Below, in pieces: positions 48,906 to 61,348 of a stretch of DNA of 64,000 nt. Numbering within the stretch: the first letter of the stretch is position 1; each line of letters begins with the position of its first letter. A program made the position numbers and the translations under genes. The DNA is taken from positions 11,659-75,658 of the forward strand of contig JAJDCB010000019.1 of the NCBI GenBank assembly GCA_029261065.1, written 5' to 3'. Source of the DNA: Candidatus Omnitrophota bacterium. GTDB lineage: Bacteria; Omnitrophota; Gorgyraeia; Zapsychrales; Zapsychraceae. The notes beneath the pieces were generated by a model. It was not told the origin of the DNA. It saw nothing but the letters and a program-made list of their open reading frames with translations, and did no database searches.

Positions 48906-49583
48906 TTATGACTTCGTCCCAACTTCAGGAGCATTCTGTCTTTTTATTTCTTTAATAACTTCACCCTTATAAATCCAGGCTTTAATTCCTAAAACACCAT
49001 ATGTTGTCAACGCTTCGGCAAAACCATAATCTATCTTGGCTCTTAACGTATGCAGAGGTAATTTACCTTCTTGATAAGATTCCTTACGCGCCATTTCAAC
49101 ACCATTTAATCGACCAGAACACTTAATTTTGATTCCCTTCGCACCAGCGTTAATCGTATTTTCAATAGCTCTCTTCATAGCTCTTCGAAAAGCAACACGT
49201 TTAACAAGCTGAAAAGCGACATTTTGTGCAACTAATTGGGCTTCTAACGCTGGATTTTTTATCTCTTCATGTAAAATTTGCAATTCATTTGTATTAATTG
49301 AAATCTTTTCTAATTCATTTTTTAAACGAGATATATCTGCGCCTCTTCGTCCGATGATAACACCTGGTCGCGCTGTATGAATAATCACTTTTGTTTTATC
49401 CGTGGTGCGTTCAATAACAACCTTCGATACAGCTGCTTGTGCATACTTTTTCTTGATGAAGTCTCTAATTTTATAGTCTTCTACAACAAATTTATTGTAT
49501 TCATTCTTATCTGCATACCACACACTACGCCAGTTCTCAATGTAACCGATTCTTAAAATTATTGGACTTACCTTTTGACCCAC
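48906..49583 (-). CDS. rpsC: 30S ribosomal protein S3
   Basis: MGQKV.P, RPGVIIG, SGRLNG.EMAR, PLHTLRA. Confidence 0.98.
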   Translation of the reverse strand: MGQKVSPIILRIGYIENWRSVWYADKNEYNKFVVEDYKIRDFIKKKYAQAAVSKVVIERTTDKTKVIIHTARPGVIIGRRGADISRLKNELEKISINTNELQILHEEIKNPALEAQLVAQNVAFQLVKRVAFRRAMKRAIENTINAGAKGIKIKCSGRLNGVEMARKESYQEGKLPLHTLRAKIDYGFAEALTTYGVLGIKAWIYKGEVIKEIKRQNAPEVGTKS

Positions 49584-49592
49584 AGAACTCTC

Positions 49593-49928
49593 CTATTTAG
49601 TAATTAAATCTAACTTTATTGTTAAATGCGTTGAACGCTTTAAAATTCCAGTCGCACGACCAAAGGGTGCTGATCGAAATCTTTTCCATACAGAACCTGG
49701 ATCCGCAAAAATTTCTGAAACAAATAATTGTTCTTCTGTCAAACCCTTCGCCTTCGCATTGCTAATGGCTGACTCAAGCACTTTTGAAATGTCTTTAGCA
49801 ACGGCTTTATTCGCGTGCGCTAATATAGCTTGTGAGGTTGGTACGTTCTTTCCCCGAATCAAGTCTATAACCAGCCTAGTTTTTCTAGGTGAAACGCGTA
49901 TATATTTTCCTTTAGCATGTGCAATCAT
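49593..49928 (-). CDS. rplV: 50S ribosomal protein L22
   Basis: SPRK.RLV.DLIRG, SA..NA, GRA..I.KR. Confidence 0.97.
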   Translation of the reverse strand: MIAHAKGKYIRVSPRKTRLVIDLIRGKNVPTSQAILAHANKAVAKDISKVLESAISNAKAKGLTEEQLFVSEIFADPGSVWKRFRSAPFGRATGILKRSTHLTIKLDLITK

Positions 49929-49937
49929 AATTTTCTA

Positions 49938-50225
49938 CTATGTCTTTTGTGCGGCTTTCTTCGCTTTAACCCCACCATGTTTTCTAAATGTTCGCGTTGG
50001 TGCAAAGTCTCCATATTTATATCCAACCATATTTTCTGTAATAAACACTGGTAAATGTTTTCGACCATTATGAACAGCAATCGTGTAACCTACAATATCT
50101 GGAGCAATCACTGATCGACGTGACCACGTTTTGATAGGTTGCCTGGAACCTGATTTAAGCATACGATCAATCTTCTTTTGAAGCTTTGGTTCTACATATG
50201 GACCTTTTTTTAATGATCTAGCCAT
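49938..50225 (-). CDS. rpsS: 30S ribosomal protein S19
   Basis: [18 protein letters not shown]; start at ATG 50225. Confidence 0.97.
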   Translation of the reverse strand: MARSLKKGPYVEPKLQKKIDRMLKSGSRQPIKTWSRRSVIAPDIVGYTIAVHNGRKHLPVFITENMVGYKYGDFAPTRTFRKHGGVKAKKAAQKT

Positions 50226-51066
50226 TCTTTTTTGCACCCCTTCTTCTAACAATATAATTATCTGAATACTTTCTAAGTTTTCTAGTCTTTTTACCCTTTG
50301 TCGGTTTACCCCACGGTGTTACGGGATGAGGATTTCCTTGAGGAGCCTTTCCCTCTCCCCCGCCATGAGGGTGATCAACCGGATTCATAACAACACCACG
50401 TACGTGTCCTCGTCGTCCTAGCCATCTTGATCGCCCTGCTTTTCCTAGTGATTTTGATTCATGCTCTACATTTCCTACTTGTCCCATTGTTGCTCGACAA
50501 TCGATGCTAACCTTTCTAACTTCACTAGATGGCATTCTTAAAAACGCATACAAACCTTCTCGAGCCATTAACTGTGCCGATGATCCCGCTGAACGTGCAA
50601 TTTTTGCACCAGTCCCTGGCTTTAATTCAACATTATGAACAGCAGATCCTAAAGGAATCTTTTTTAAAGGCATACAGTTACCGGCTTTAAATTCGATAGC
50701 ATTCTCTACACTGCTTATGATAATATCTCCTACCTTTAACTCCAATGGAGCAACAATATAAGTTTTCTCACCATCAGTATATTTTAACAATGCAATGCGA
50801 GAACTTCTATTTGGATCATATTCTATGGCTAAAACCTCTGCCTCAACATCAAATCGATTACGTTTAAAATCAATAACACGATACATTCTTTTATGCCCAC
50901 CACCGCGATAACGCGATGTAATACGACCATACATATTACGCCCACCCGTTTTCTTCAAAGGGCGCAATAGAGACTTCTCTGGCTTTGATTTAGTAATTTC
51001 TGCAAAATCAGAGATTGCTGTATGTCTCAACGAACTTGTTGTTGGTTTAAATTTTCTAATACCCAC
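50218..51066 (-). CDS. rplB: 50S ribosomal protein L2
   Basis: [29 protein letters not shown]. Confidence 0.99.
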   Translation of the reverse strand: MGIRKFKPTTSSLRHTAISDFAEITKSKPEKSLLRPLKKTGGRNMYGRITSRYRGGGHKRMYRVIDFKRNRFDVEAEVLAIEYDPNRSSRIALLKYTDGEKTYIVAPLELKVGDIIISSVENAIEFKAGNCMPLKKIPLGSAVHNVELKPGTGAKIARSAGSSAQLMAREGLYAFLRMPSSEVRKVSIDCRATMGQVGNVEHESKSLGKAGRSRWLGRRGHVRGVVMNPVDHPHGGGEGKAPQGNPHPVTPWGKPTKGKKTRKLRKYSDNYIVRRRGAKKNG

Positions 51067-51068
51067 GT

Positions 51069-51347
51069 TTATGTAACCTCAATGCTTTGGCCTTCTTTTA
51101 ATGTAACAACGGCCTTCTTCCAAGGAGTAGTTGGACCCTGTTCTTGTCTGACACGTTTCATTTTACTAGGGACAACACTCGTGTTAACGGCTTGAACTTT
51201 TACTTTGTAAATTTCTTCAACAGCATTTTTTATTTCAATCTTGTTCGCCTTTTTAGCGACATGAAATAAGTACTTTCGATCCATCTGGATCATCGTACCT
51301 TTTTCCGTTCGCACCAAAGTTTGAATAATATCGTAGCAAGTCTTCAT
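51069..51347 (-). CDS. rplW: 50S ribosomal protein L23
   Basis: [20 protein letters not shown]. Confidence 0.96.
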   Translation of the reverse strand: MKTCYDIIQTLVRTEKGTMIQMDRKYLFHVAKKANKIEIKNAVEEIYKVKVQAVNTSVVPSKMKRVRQEQGPTTPWKKAVVTLKEGQSIEVT

Positions 51348-51967
51348 TAGGATATCCGTTTTAATATATTTTCTAATGCTGTTTTGGTAATTAAAATCTT
51401 TTTATTTCGCATAATATCGTAGGCATTAACGTCTTGGCTTCTTACTTGATTAAATGAACGAATATTTCGTGTAACACGATTAAGTGATGGATCACTTCCA
51501 TCTAACATAGCCAATGTCTTTCCTTTAATCTTTAAATTTTCCAATGCCTTTGCAAATTCTTTTGTTTTTTCAAATGATTTAGAGACATCATCTAGACACA
51601 ACAAGTTTTGGTCTTTAAACTTAACATTTAGACTTTCTTTAAGAGCTGCCATCTTTATCTTTTTAGGAATCGAATATCCAAAATCTCTCGGATGTGGACC
51701 AAAAGTTATACCACCACCACTAAATAAAGGAGAACGATTTGACCCAACACGTGCGCGTCCTGTTCCTTTTTGTCGATAAGGCTTGCGTCCACCACCTCGT
51801 TTATCACCTCTTTCCTTCGTTGAGGCATTACCTTGACGAAGAGAAGCTTGATACATGACAATAGCTTGATGAATCACATCTGTATTGACTGGCTTATTAA
51901 AAATTTCATCTGGCAAATCAATGCTTCCTGTTTCTTTACCATCTATATTATGTACGGGACATTTCAC
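51347..51967 (-). CDS. rplD: 50S ribosomal protein L4
   Basis: RQGNASTK, KP.RQKGTGRAR, GGG..FGP.PR. Confidence 0.97.
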   Translation of the reverse strand: MKCPVHNIDGKETGSIDLPDEIFNKPVNTDVIHQAIVMYQASLRQGNASTKERGDKRGGGRKPYRQKGTGRARVGSNRSPLFSGGGITFGPHPRDFGYSIPKKIKMAALKESLNVKFKDQNLLCLDDVSKSFEKTKEFAKALENLKIKGKTLAMLDGSDPSLNRVTRNIRSFNQVRSQDVNAYDIMRNKKILITKTALENILKRIS

Positions 51968-51968
51968 G

Positions 51969-52694
51969 TTACTTCTTACCTTTCTTATTCTTTACTTTAC
52001 CAGCTGCAGCCTTACTTTGTTTCATCGGATTAACCTTACGAACGACAAACTCTTTCTTATCATCCAACGATTTAAAGGCTTTCTTTCTAGATTTTCTAAT
52101 TGTCACCACACCATATTTCGCGCCAGGAACAGTTCCTTTAATAAGGACAATATTATCTTCAAGAATGACATCCATAATTCTTAAACCTTGATTAGTGACA
52201 TTCTTGTTTCCCATTTGTCCAGGCATGGGTCGCCCTCTTACCGTCCTTGAAGGATCAGCACTTGCTCCAATAGATCCAACACGACGATGATGCATAGAGC
52301 CATGACCAGCAGGACCACCAGACCAATGCCATCTCTTCATCCCCCCTTGGAAACCTTTTCCAATGGAACGTCCAGAGACATCAACGAAATCACCTGGCTG
52401 AAAAAAATCGGCCTTTATTTCTTGACCGACTTCATAGTCTTTATTATCGCTAGAGTTAAATTCTTTGACAATTCTCAAAGGTTTAACATTAATTTTCTTA
52501 AAATAACCAGCTTGCGCGTTATTGGTACCTTTTTCCTTAAGATCACGAAACCCAACTTTAACTTTCATGGGCTCTTCTTTAAGCTCCATAATCGTACATG
52601 GACCCGTTTCGACTAATGTGACAGGAATAAGATTTCCTTCCTTGTCAAATATCTGAGTCATCCCTAATTTTCTACCAATTAAACCACTAATCAT
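51969..52694 (-). CDS. rplC: 50S ribosomal protein L3
   Basis: KLGMTQ, GKGFQG.MKR, HGS, GQMG, KG.VPG. Confidence 0.98.
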   Translation of the reverse strand: MISGLIGRKLGMTQIFDKEGNLIPVTLVETGPCTIMELKEEPMKVKVGFRDLKEKGTNNAQAGYFKKINVKPLRIVKEFNSSDNKDYEVGQEIKADFFQPGDFVDVSGRSIGKGFQGGMKRWHWSGGPAGHGSMHHRRVGSIGASADPSRTVRGRPMPGQMGNKNVTNQGLRIMDVILEDNIVLIKGTVPGAKYGVVTIRKSRKKAFKSLDDKKEFVVRKVNPMKQSKAAAGKVKNKKGKK

Positions 52695-52706
52695 TTTTGT
52701 TCCTAA

Positions 52707-53009
52707 TTATTGTTTAATCTCAACATCAACACCAGCAGGTAGATTTAATTTTCTTAACGCCTCTACCGTTTTTGCTGTTGGTTCGATAAGATCAATCAAT
52801 CTTTTATGTGTTGCAAGACCAAATTGTTCTCTAGACTTTTTATCAACCATAGGAGATCTCAACACCGTGTATAACTCTTTCTTTGTTGGTAACGGTACCG
52901 GGCCTGAAACTTTGGCTCCTGTACGAATCGCGGTATCAACAATTTCTTGAGCAGATTGATCAATCAACCTGTGGTCAAAAGCCTTTAATTTTATACGTAT
53001 TTTTTGCAT
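52707..53009 (-). CDS. rpsJ: 30S ribosomal protein S10
   Basis: [27 protein letters not shown]. Confidence 0.98.
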   Translation of the reverse strand: MQKIRIKLKAFDHRLIDQSAQEIVDTAIRTGAKVSGPVPLPTKKELYTVLRSPMVDKKSREQFGLATHKRLIDLIEPTAKTVEALRKLNLPAGVDVEIKQ

Positions 53010-53022
53010 TGTTCTCGTCTAA

Positions 53023-54216
53023 TTATTCGATAATATCGTGAATAACACCAGCACCAACTGTTCGGCCACCTTCACGGATAGCAAAACGCAATTCTTTTTC
53101 AATCGCGATTGGCACTATGAGCTCCACTTCAAGTTCTACGTTATCACCTGGCATACACATCTCGACCCCTTCAGGAAGAGCTGCCGTTCCGGTAACGTCC
53201 GTTGTTCTAAAATAAAACTGAGGCCTATATCCTTTAAAGAATGGTGTGTGACGTCCGCCCTCTTCTTTTGTAAGAATATAAGCTTTCGCTTTAAATTTTG
53301 TATGCGGCTTGATACTTCCGTTAGCGGCAAGTACTTGCCCTCTTTCAATACCTTCTTTATCGACACCGCGAAGAAGCAAACCAACGTTATCACCCGCTTG
53401 ACCCTGGTCTAGTTCTTTACGAAACATTTCAACTCCAGTAACAACTGTCTTACCTACATCCTTTGTAATACCAACAATCTCAACTTCTTCACCAACCTTA
53501 ACGATACCTCTTTCAATACGTCCCGTCGCAACCGTTCCGCGACCAGAAATAGAGAAAACGTCTTCAATAGCCATAAGAAACGGTTTATCAAGTTCTCGTG
53601 GTGGTTCAGGGATATATGCGTCAACAGCCTCCATTAAATCAAGAATAGGCTTAACTTTTGCATCATCTCCTGGATTGTTTAATGCTTCTAGAGCACTTCC
53701 TCTAATAATGGGTGTTTTATCACCATCAAATTCATATTTTGATAATAATTCTCTCAACTCTAACTCAACCAAATCTAATAATTCTTCATCATCAACTTGG
53801 TCACATTTGTTCATAAAGACAACCATAGAAGGAACATTTACCTGACGCGCTAACAATATATGCTCTTTTGTTTGAGGCATAGCTCCATCAGCTGCAGATA
53901 CACAAAGAATAGCACCGTCCATTTGAGCTGCACCCGTAATCATATTTTTGATGTAGTCAGCGTGACCAGGACAATCAATATGCGCATAATGTCTATTATT
54001 TGTTTCATATTCAAGGTGAGCGATGTTGATTGTAACCCCACGCTCTTTTTCTTCAGGGGCATTGTCAATTTGATCATAACCTCTTGCTTCGGCTTGACCT
54101 GTTTTCGCTAGAATAGTTGTAATAGCCGCACTAAGCGTCGTTTTACCATGGTCAACATGTCCAATAGTTCCAACGTTTAAATGTGGTTTATTTCTTACAA
54201 ACTTTTCTTTAGCCAT
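53023..54216 (-). CDS. tuf: Elongation factor Tu
   Basis: [32 protein letters not shown]. Confidence 0.99.
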   Translation of the reverse strand: MAKEKFVRNKPHLNVGTIGHVDHGKTTLSAAITTILAKTGQAEARGYDQIDNAPEEKERGVTINIAHLEYETNNRHYAHIDCPGHADYIKNMITGAAQMDGAILCVSAADGAMPQTKEHILLARQVNVPSMVVFMNKCDQVDDEELLDLVELELRELLSKYEFDGDKTPIIRGSALEALNNPGDDAKVKPILDLMEAVDAYIPEPPRELDKPFLMAIEDVFSISGRGTVATGRIERGIVKVGEEVEIVGITKDVGKTVVTGVEMFRKELDQGQAGDNVGLLLRGVDKEGIERGQVLAANGSIKPHTKFKAKAYILTKEEGGRHTPFFKGYRPQFYFRTTDVTGTAALPEGVEMCMPGDNVELEVELIVPIAIEKELRFAIREGGRTVGAGVIHDIIE

Positions 54217-54254
54217 GATATTTTCTCCTTATTTCTATAATTAGATCTAGCAAA

Positions 54255-56354
54255 TTATTTCTTTTTACCTGAAACAGTTTCTCTTTCCCCAATAATCTTA
54301 TCAGCAATATATTTAGGGACTATATCATAAAAGGCCGGCTCCATTGAAAATGAGGCACGGCCTTGAGTTAATGAACGAAGGGCATTTGCATAATTAAACA
54401 TCTCTGATAATGGAACCTCACAGCGAGCTGTTTTTAAATTTGCCCTCGATCCAAGCTCGACAATTTTTGCTCGTCGAGTGTTAAGATCACCAAGTACAGC
54501 ACCCATAAATTCTTCTGGAGCTGCTAATTCTATATCCATAATCGGTTCAATAAAAACGGATTTGGCTGCTACTAAACCTTCTTTAAGCGCCATCTTGGCT
54601 GCAATCTGAAAAGCGATGTCGCTGGAATCCACATCGTGATAAGTTCCATCAACAAGCGTAACAGTATAATCAGTTGAAGGATAACTGGCAAGAACACCTG
54701 TTAAAGCACCAGCGCGAATCCCTTTCTCTACAGAAGAAATAAATTCACGAGGAATTGACCCACCCTTAATTTTATCAACAAAGACAACACCAGCACCTCT
54801 TTCTTCCGCAGGCATAATATCAATGACAACGTGACCATATTGACCACGACCACCGGTCTGAGAAATAAATTTTCCAACTATATTTTTGACAGGCTGAGTA
54901 ATTGTTTCCTTATACGCAACTTGTGGACGACCAATATCACAATCCAAATTAAACTCTCGCTTCATTCGGTCAATGATAATCTCTAAATGTAACTCACCCA
55001 TTCCGGAAATAATAGTTTGAGCGGTTTCATGATCGTAATTAACTCTAAGGGAAGGATCTTCGTCAAGGAACTTTCGAAGGGTTAAACCTAATTTATCTTG
55101 ATCGGCTTTTGTTTTGGGTTCGATGGACATCGAGACAACCGGTTCAGGAATTTTCATATTCTCAAGGACAATCTTGTTATCTGCATCGCAAACGGTACTA
55201 CCTGACTTCGCTTCTTTTAAACCGACAAGGGCAACAATTTCACCAGCTGATACTGTTGGAACAATTTCTTGTTTGTTGGAATGCATAACGACTATTTTTG
55301 ATAGTCTTTCTTTTTTCTGTTCAGAAGAATTATAAACTTGCTCACCAGCATTTAACGTCCCCGAATAAACACGTGTGTAAAATAACTTTCCTACATAAGG
55401 ATCAGTTGCTACTTTAAAAACCAAACCACTAAATGGAGCATCTGGATCTGTTGCTCTTGTTATTTCATCACCCGTAGCAGGATCCAATCCAGTTATAGGA
55501 GGAACGTCTAAAGGAGATGGTAAATAATCTGTGACCGCATTGAGGACAAGTTGTACGCCCTTGTTTCTTAATGCTGTTCCACACAATACAGGCAAAAATT
55601 TAGCTGCTATGACAGCACGTCTAATAGCAGCTTTAAGCTCTTCAACCGTAATTTCTTTTTCTTCTAAAAACTTTTCCATAATCGAATCATCCGCGTCAGA
55701 AAGCCTTTCAATCAATGTATGACGCATTTCTTCAGCTTTTTCTTTTAAATCAGCAGGGATATCTAGAATTTCTATTTGTTCACCTTTATCATCTTTATAT
55801 AAGTGGTACTTCATTGTAATCAAATCGACGATACCTTCAAAATGTTCTTCATGAGCATTAGGCATTTGAATGGCCGCTGCGTTTGCCCCTAAACGATCCA
55901 GTATTTCACCCAAAACTCTATCAAAACTTGCCCCCAAACGATCTAATTTGTTGATAAACGCAAGACGTGGCACACCATAACGATCGGCTTGTCTCCAAAC
56001 CGTTTCTGTTTGCGACTGAACACCACTTGTTGCGCACAACACAACCACAGCTCCATCTAATACCTTTAAAGATCTTTCAACCTCAATTGTAAAGTCAACG
56101 TGCCCAGGGGTATCGATAATATTTAACTGCTTATCATTCCAAGAACAAGTCGTGTTCGCTGAGGTGATTGTAATACCTCTTTCTTGTTCCTGAGCCATCC
56201 AATCCATAGTCGCGTTACCTTCATCTACAGTTCCCATTTTATGAATAACACCTGCATAAAAAAGAATACGCTCTGTCGTTGTCGTTTTGCCAGCATCAAT
56301 ATGAGCTATAATACCGAAATTTCTGAAATCTTTTAGTGGGACTTTCTCTGCCAT
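54255..56354 (-). CDS. fusA: Elongation factor G
   Basis: AHIDAGKTT, ERGITI, DTPGHVDF, GMGELHL, LRSLTQGR. Confidence 0.97.
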   Translation of the reverse strand: MAEKVPLKDFRNFGIIAHIDAGKTTTTERILFYAGVIHKMGTVDEGNATMDWMAQEQERGITITSANTTCSWNDKQLNIIDTPGHVDFTIEVERSLKVLDGAVVVLCATSGVQSQTETVWRQADRYGVPRLAFINKLDRLGASFDRVLGEILDRLGANAAAIQMPNAHEEHFEGIVDLITMKYHLYKDDKGEQIEILDIPADLKEKAEEMRHTLIERLSDADDSIMEKFLEEKEITVEELKAAIRRAVIAAKFLPVLCGTALRNKGVQLVLNAVTDYLPSPLDVPPITGLDPATGDEITRATDPDAPFSGLVFKVATDPYVGKLFYTRVYSGTLNAGEQVYNSSEQKKERLSKIVVMHSNKQEIVPTVSAGEIVALVGLKEAKSGSTVCDADNKIVLENMKIPEPVVSMSIEPKTKADQDKLGLTLRKFLDEDPSLRVNYDHETAQTIISGMGELHLEIIIDRMKREFNLDCDIGRPQVAYKETITQPVKNIVGKFISQTGGRGQYGHVVIDIMPAEERGAGVVFVDKIKGGSIPREFISSVEKGIRAGALTGVLASYPSTDYTVTLVDGTYHDVDSSDIAFQIAAKMALKEGLVAAKSVFIEPIMDIELAAPEEFMGAVLGDLNTRRAKIVELGSRANLKTARCEVPLSEMFNYANALRSLTQGRASFSMEPAFYDIVPKYIADKIIGERETVSGKKK

Positions 56355-56375
56355 TTTTTCCTTTTATGTAACGAT

Positions 56376-56416
56376 GCCCCTATCGGTCCTTTCTCTTATA
56401 TAAGGAGATACGGGGC
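56376..56416 (-). other. GC-rich stem-loop in the rpsG-fusA spacer
   Basis: mRNA sense gcccc-g-uauc-uccuu...aagga-cc-gaua-ggggc. Confidence 0.5.
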
Positions 56417-56424
56417 TTGTAGTA

Positions 56425-56895
56425 TTACCATCTTAAATGAGCAAACGCCTTATTGGAGTCTGCCATTTTATGTGTGTCATCTCTCTTTTTAACAGCGGCA
56501 CCTTCACCTTTATAGGCCGCTAATAATTCATCTGCCAACTTAATTTTCATGGGCCGCCCTTTTTTCTTCTGGGCGATATCTCTAATCCATCGAATAGCTA
56601 ATGAATTTCCTCTTGAAGCAGGCACTTCGATAGGAACTTGATATGTAGCACCACCGACTCTTCTTGCCTTTACCTCTAACTTTGGTCGAACATTATCAAT
56701 AGCTTTATTAAATATCTTAACACCATTGGCATCAGTTACTTTTTGTTCAAGTAAATCAAAAGCTCCGTAAACAATACCTTCTGCCACACTCTTTTTTCCT
56801 GCTATCATCAAACTATTAATAAATCGCGTTACTAATTTGCTGTTATATTTTGGATCTGCAATCGGCTCTCTTTTTTCTGCTTTTCTTCTTCTCAT
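56425..56895 (-). CDS. rpsG: 30S ribosomal protein S7
   Basis: GKKS, RRVGGATYQVP, HKMA..NKAFAH. Confidence 0.98.
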   Translation of the reverse strand: MRRRKAEKREPIADPKYNSKLVTRFINSLMIAGKKSVAEGIVYGAFDLLEQKVTDANGVKIFNKAIDNVRPKLEVKARRVGGATYQVPIEVPASRGNSLAIRWIRDIAQKKKGRPMKIKLADELLAAYKGEGAAVKKRDDTHKMADSNKAFAHLRW

Positions 56896-56900
56896 CTTTG

Positions 56901-57281
56901 TTATGCCTTAGATTCTTCCCTTTTCGCCCCATATTTTGATCTAGATTTCTTTCGTTTCGCAACCCCAGAAGTATCCAATGTTCCTCGTACAATATGATAA
57001 CGAACACCTGGAAGATCTTTGACTCGGCCACCTCGAACAAGAACAATAGAATGTTCCTGCAAGTTATGACCTTCACCGGGAATATATGATGTCACTTCAA
57101 ATTTGTTTGACAATCTTACTCTTGCAATTTTACGTAATGCCGAATTTGGTTTCTTTGGCGTCATTGTTTTAACTTGCAAACAAACACCTCGACGGAAAGG
57201 ACAATTCATTAACGCAGGTGAATTTCCTTTTTTACTTTTTTGTACTCTTCTTTTACGAATCAGTTGTTGTATCGTCGGCAT
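56901..57281 (-). CDS. rpsL: 30S ribosomal protein S12
   Basis: [29 protein letters not shown]. Confidence 0.99.
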   Translation of the reverse strand: MPTIQQLIRKRRVQKSKKGNSPALMNCPFRRGVCLQVKTMTPKKPNSALRKIARVRLSNKFEVTSYIPGEGHNLQEHSIVLVRGGRVKDLPGVRYHIVRGTLDTSGVAKRKKSRSKYGAKREESKA

Positions 57282-60200
57282 ATTTCACCATTTCTATGTT
57301 TTCGTATTTGTTTAAACCAGTTCCAGCTGGAATCAAATGACCTACAATTACGTTCTCTTTTAGTCCCGAAAGAACGTCGATCTTACCAGATGAAGCTGCT
57401 TCTGTCAACACCCTTGTTGTCTCTTGGAAACTCGCTGCAGAGATAAAACTCTCCGTCGTCAAAGAGACTTTTGTAATACCCAATAATAGCGGTGTTGCTT
57501 GAGCGGGCTTTCCTTTTTTAGCTAAAACTTTTTCGTTTGCTTTCTTAAAAACAATCCGGTCAATTTGCTCTCCAATTAAAAGATCAGTATCCCCTGAATC
57601 TTCAATCTTAACCTTCTTTAACATTTGAGATATAATCAACTCAATATGCTTATCGTTAATACGAACACCCTGCAAACGATAAACTTCTTGAACTTCATTT
57701 AGCAAATACTCTTGTAATACTTTATCCCCACAAACACGTAAAATGTCATGAGGAACAACAGGTCCATCCGTTAATTGCTGACCAGCATAAACCCTATCAT
57801 TCTTATAAACATTTGGATGTTTACCATGAGGAATGGTGTATTCAGCACTCATACCCGTTGAACTTTTTACAACAATAGAGCGCCGACCTTTCTTATCTTC
57901 ACCAAATTCAACAACACCATCAATCTCACTAATAACAGCAGGATCTTTTGGTTTTCGTGCTTCAAATAATTCCGCAACGCGTGGAAGACCACCCGTAATG
58001 TCTCTCGTCTTTCCAGCTCCACGAGGAATCTTTGCAATAAGATCTCCTGCATTAATTTGTTGTTTATCTTGGACAAGAATGTGAGCACCAATTGGAATAG
58101 AATAAATCCCGACAACCTCACCCTTATCATCTGAGATAATAATTTGTGGATGGAATTCTTGCTTATGCTCAACAACAACACGTTCAACAACACCTGTCAC
58201 AGCATTCTTTTCTTCTTGAACCGTTACGTCATTAATAATATCTTCAGAAGTAACAACACCACGAACCTCTGTAATAATAGGCACCGTATACGGATCCCAA
58301 GTAACGAAAATAGAATCTTTCTTAACGGTCTCACCATCTGTTATTTTTATACTAGCACCTTGAGGTAATTGGTAACGTTCAAACTCACGGCCGTATTCAT
58401 TATTAATACTTATTGATCCATTTCGATTAAGAACAATAAACTCATTTCCCTTGGCAACAACACGTAATTGATGATACTTAATCGTTCCTGAATTTTTAGC
58501 TTTATAAAATGATTGTTCGATAGCTCGACTGGCTGTACCACCAATATGAAAAGTACGCATTGTTAACTGCGTGCCTGGCTCACCAATACTTTGAGCCGCA
58601 ATCGTTCCCACAGCTTCACCGATTTCAACCATTCGCTGTGTTGCTAAATTTCTTCCATAACATTTTCCACAAAGACCCCTCTCTGACTCACAAGTAAGAA
58701 CACTTCGAATACGAACTTTCTCAATACCCAAATGCTCAATAAGCTCCGACTTCTCCTCGGTAATGATGTCTCCAGCTTCAACAACACGTTGATCTGTAAC
58801 AATATCAACAATACTGTCTAAAGCCACTCGACCAGTAATTCTTTCTTTTAAACTTACAACAAGCTCATCACCTTCAATAATAGCTGCTACTGTAATACCA
58901 TTTAATGTTCCACAATCAAGACCTGTAACAACAAGCTCTTGAGCAACATCAACTAAACGACGCGTTAAATAACCAGCGTCAGCTGTTTTAAGAGCAGTAT
59001 CCGCAAGTCCCTTTCTCGCACCATGCGTTGAAATAAAATATTCCAAAACCGTTAACCCTTCACGAAAACTTGCTGTGATCGGATTTTCAATAATTTCTCC
59101 CGATGGTTTAGCCATCAATCCACGCATACCTGACAACTGACGAATCTGTAATCGTGAACCACGAGCACCAGAATCGGCCATAATAAAAACAGGATTAAAC
59201 GGATCCATATGCGTAAAGACTAAGTCGGACAACGTTTCTGTTGTGTGCGTCCATACGTCAATAATTTTGTTATATCTTTCTCGACCAGTAATAATCCCTT
59301 TTCGATACTGATCTTCAACCTTTGCAACTTCTTGTTTAGATGTTTTAAGAATATCTTTCTTTTGTTCCGGAACAGTCATATCGCAAATACCAATCGATAT
59401 ACCAGCTAATGTTGCTTGTGCAAAGCCCATATCTTTTAAATCATCTAATAGCTGAATAGTCTTTGCTTGCCCGAAACGTTTATAACAATCGGAGATAACC
59501 ATTCCAATTTTCTTTTTATCAAGTAAATCGTTTACAAAACCAAATTTTTCTGGAAGCAACTCATTTAATAAAACGCGACCGACTATCGTTTCAATAATCT
59601 TTGGTTTTACAACGCCATCTTCATCTTCTTCAACACCACCAACATTAAGTGCTTTTTCTTGAGAAATAATCAAAGAAGGCTTATCTTCTCCCCAGACATG
59701 GTGATGAATTCTTAACTTAATTCTTTTATGTAAATCAATAAATCCATCATTGTAGGCAATGAGCACTTCATCTGAAGATGCATAAACGCGATCCTCATCT
59801 GAAGGATTCGTACTTTCTTTCGTCATATAATAAAGACCCAAAACCACATCCTGTGAAGGAGATATAACGGGTCGCCCGTCGGCAGGTGAAAATAAATTGT
59901 TAACGGACAATAATTCTAAGCGACATTCAATTTGCGCTTCAAGTGAAAGAGGAACATGAACAGCCATTTGATCCCCATCGAAATCTGCATTAAAAGCGGC
60001 ACAAACAAGAGGATGAAGCTTAATAGCCTTACCTTCAATCAATACTGGAAAAAAGGCTTGTATACTTAAACGATGCAGAGTTGGCGCTCGATTAAGCATA
60101 ATCGGATGATCTTTAATAACTTCTTCTAAGATATCCCAAACCTCAGTCTTTGCTCTTTCAACCATACGCTTTGCACCTTTAATCGTATGGACAAAACCTT

Positions 60201-61347
60201 TTTCACGGAGTTTACGAATAATAAATGGTTCAAATAATTCAAGGGCCATCTTTTTAGGTAAACCACATTGATGAAGTTGTAGAGTAGGACCAACAACAAT
60301 AACGGAACGGCCAGAATAATCGACACGCTTCCCTAACAAATTCATACGAAAACGCCCTTGCTTTCCCTTTAACATATCAGACAAAGACTTTAAAGGACGA
60401 TTTCCCGAACCAAGGACAGGTCGACCATGACGTCCATTATCTAAAAGGGCATCAACGGCTTCTTGCAACATTCGCTTTTCATTCCTACAAATAATTTCAG
60501 GGGCTTTAAGATCCATCAATTTCTTTAAACGATTATTTCGATTAATAACACGTCGATAAAGATCGTTTAAATCTGAAGTCGCAAAGCGTCCACCCTCTAG
60601 AGGAACTAAAGGTCTAAGGTCTGGTGGAATAACAGGCAATACATCTAGAACCATCCATTCAGCTTTGTTAGGAGACATTTTAAAATCGTCAACGATTTTT
60701 AGTGTCTTAGCAATTTTCTTGGCATTTGTTCCCGCAGGATTTGCCTTTTCTAAATCTTTTCTTAATTTTTTACACAACGCCCCTAAATCAATATCTTTTA
60801 AAATTTCACGAATAGCATCAGCACCAATTTTTGCCTTAAAACCACCACCATATTTAACTAAGGCTTCCTGATATTCATCTTCCGAAAGAAACTGCCGATC
60901 TTTCAATGATGTTTCACCTGGATCAATAACAATATATTCTTCGTAATAAATAAGTTTTTCTAAATCTCGCAATCCAATCTGAAGCAATGCAGCTAATCGT
61001 GATGGAACAGCTTTGTAAAACCAAATATGCGTAACGGCACATGCTAATTCAATGTTACCCATTCTTTCTCGACGAACAGAAGATCTCGTAACCAAAACAC
61101 CACAACGATCACAGACAATACCTTTAAACTTGATCCCTTTATATTTTCCACAATTACATTCCCAATCCCTAACAGGACCAAAAATCTTTTCACAAAAAAG
61201 CCCATCCTTCTCAGGCTTCAACGTTCTGTAATTAAGCGTCTCAGCTTTTCGAATAATACCAAATGACCAAGAACGAATGACTTCTGGTGAAGCAATTTGA
61301 ATGGCAACTCTGTCTTTCTCTACATTGTCTTCTTTTTTCTTTATCAT
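57253..61347 (-). CDS. rpoC: RNA polymerase beta' subunit
   Basis: Zinc finger, NADFDGD catalytic motif, [19 protein letters not shown]. Confidence 0.99.
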   Translation of the reverse strand: MIKKKEDNVEKDRVAIQIASPEVIRSWSFGIIRKAETLNYRTLKPEKDGLFCEKIFGPVRDWECNCGKYKGIKFKGIVCDRCGVLVTRSSVRRERMGNIELACAVTHIWFYKAVPSRLAALLQIGLRDLEKLIYYEEYIVIDPGETSLKDRQFLSEDEYQEALVKYGGGFKAKIGADAIREILKDIDLGALCKKLRKDLEKANPAGTNAKKIAKTLKIVDDFKMSPNKAEWMVLDVLPVIPPDLRPLVPLEGGRFATSDLNDLYRRVINRNNRLKKLMDLKAPEIICRNEKRMLQEAVDALLDNGRHGRPVLGSGNRPLKSLSDMLKGKQGRFRMNLLGKRVDYSGRSVIVVGPTLQLHQCGLPKKMALELFEPFIIRKLREKGFVHTIKGAKRMVERAKTEVWDILEEVIKDHPIMLNRAPTLHRLSIQAFFPVLIEGKAIKLHPLVCAAFNADFDGDQMAVHVPLSLEAQIECRLELLSVNNLFSPADGRPVISPSQDVVLGLYYMTKESTNPSDEDRVYASSDEVLIAYNDGFIDLHKRIKLRIHHHVWGEDKPSLIISQEKALNVGGVEEDEDGVVKPKIIETIVGRVLLNELLPEKFGFVNDLLDKKKIGMVISDCYKRFGQAKTIQLLDDLKDMGFAQATLAGISIGICDMTVPEQKKDILKTSKQEVAKVEDQYRKGIITGRERYNKIIDVWTHTTETLSDLVFTHMDPFNPVFIMADSGARGSRLQIRQLSGMRGLMAKPSGEIIENPITASFREGLTVLEYFISTHGARKGLADTALKTADAGYLTRRLVDVAQELVVTGLDCGTLNGITVAAIIEGDELVVSLKERITGRVALDSIVDIVTDQRVVEAGDIITEEKSELIEHLGIEKVRIRSVLTCESERGLCGKCYGRNLATQRMVEIGEAVGTIAAQSIGEPGTQLTMRTFHIGGTASRAIEQSFYKAKNSGTIKYHQLRVVAKGNEFIVLNRNGSISINNEYGREFERYQLPQGASIKITDGETVKKDSIFVTWDPYTVPIITEVRGVVTSEDIINDVTVQEEKNAVTGVVERVVVEHKQEFHPQIIISDDKGEVVGIYSIPIGAHILVQDKQQINAGDLIAKIPRGAGKTRDITGGLPRVAELFEARKPKDPAVISEIDGVVEFGEDKKGRRSIVVKSSTGMSAEYTIPHGKHPNVYKNDRVYAGQQLTDGPVVPHDILRVCGDKVLQEYLLNEVQEVYRLQGVRINDKHIELIISQMLKKVKIEDSGDTDLLIGEQIDRIVFKKANEKVLAKKGKPAQATPLLLGITKVSLTTESFISAASFQETTRVLTEAASSGKIDVLSGLKENVIVGHLIPAGTGLNKYENIEMVKYADDTTTDS

Positions 61348-61348
61348 A

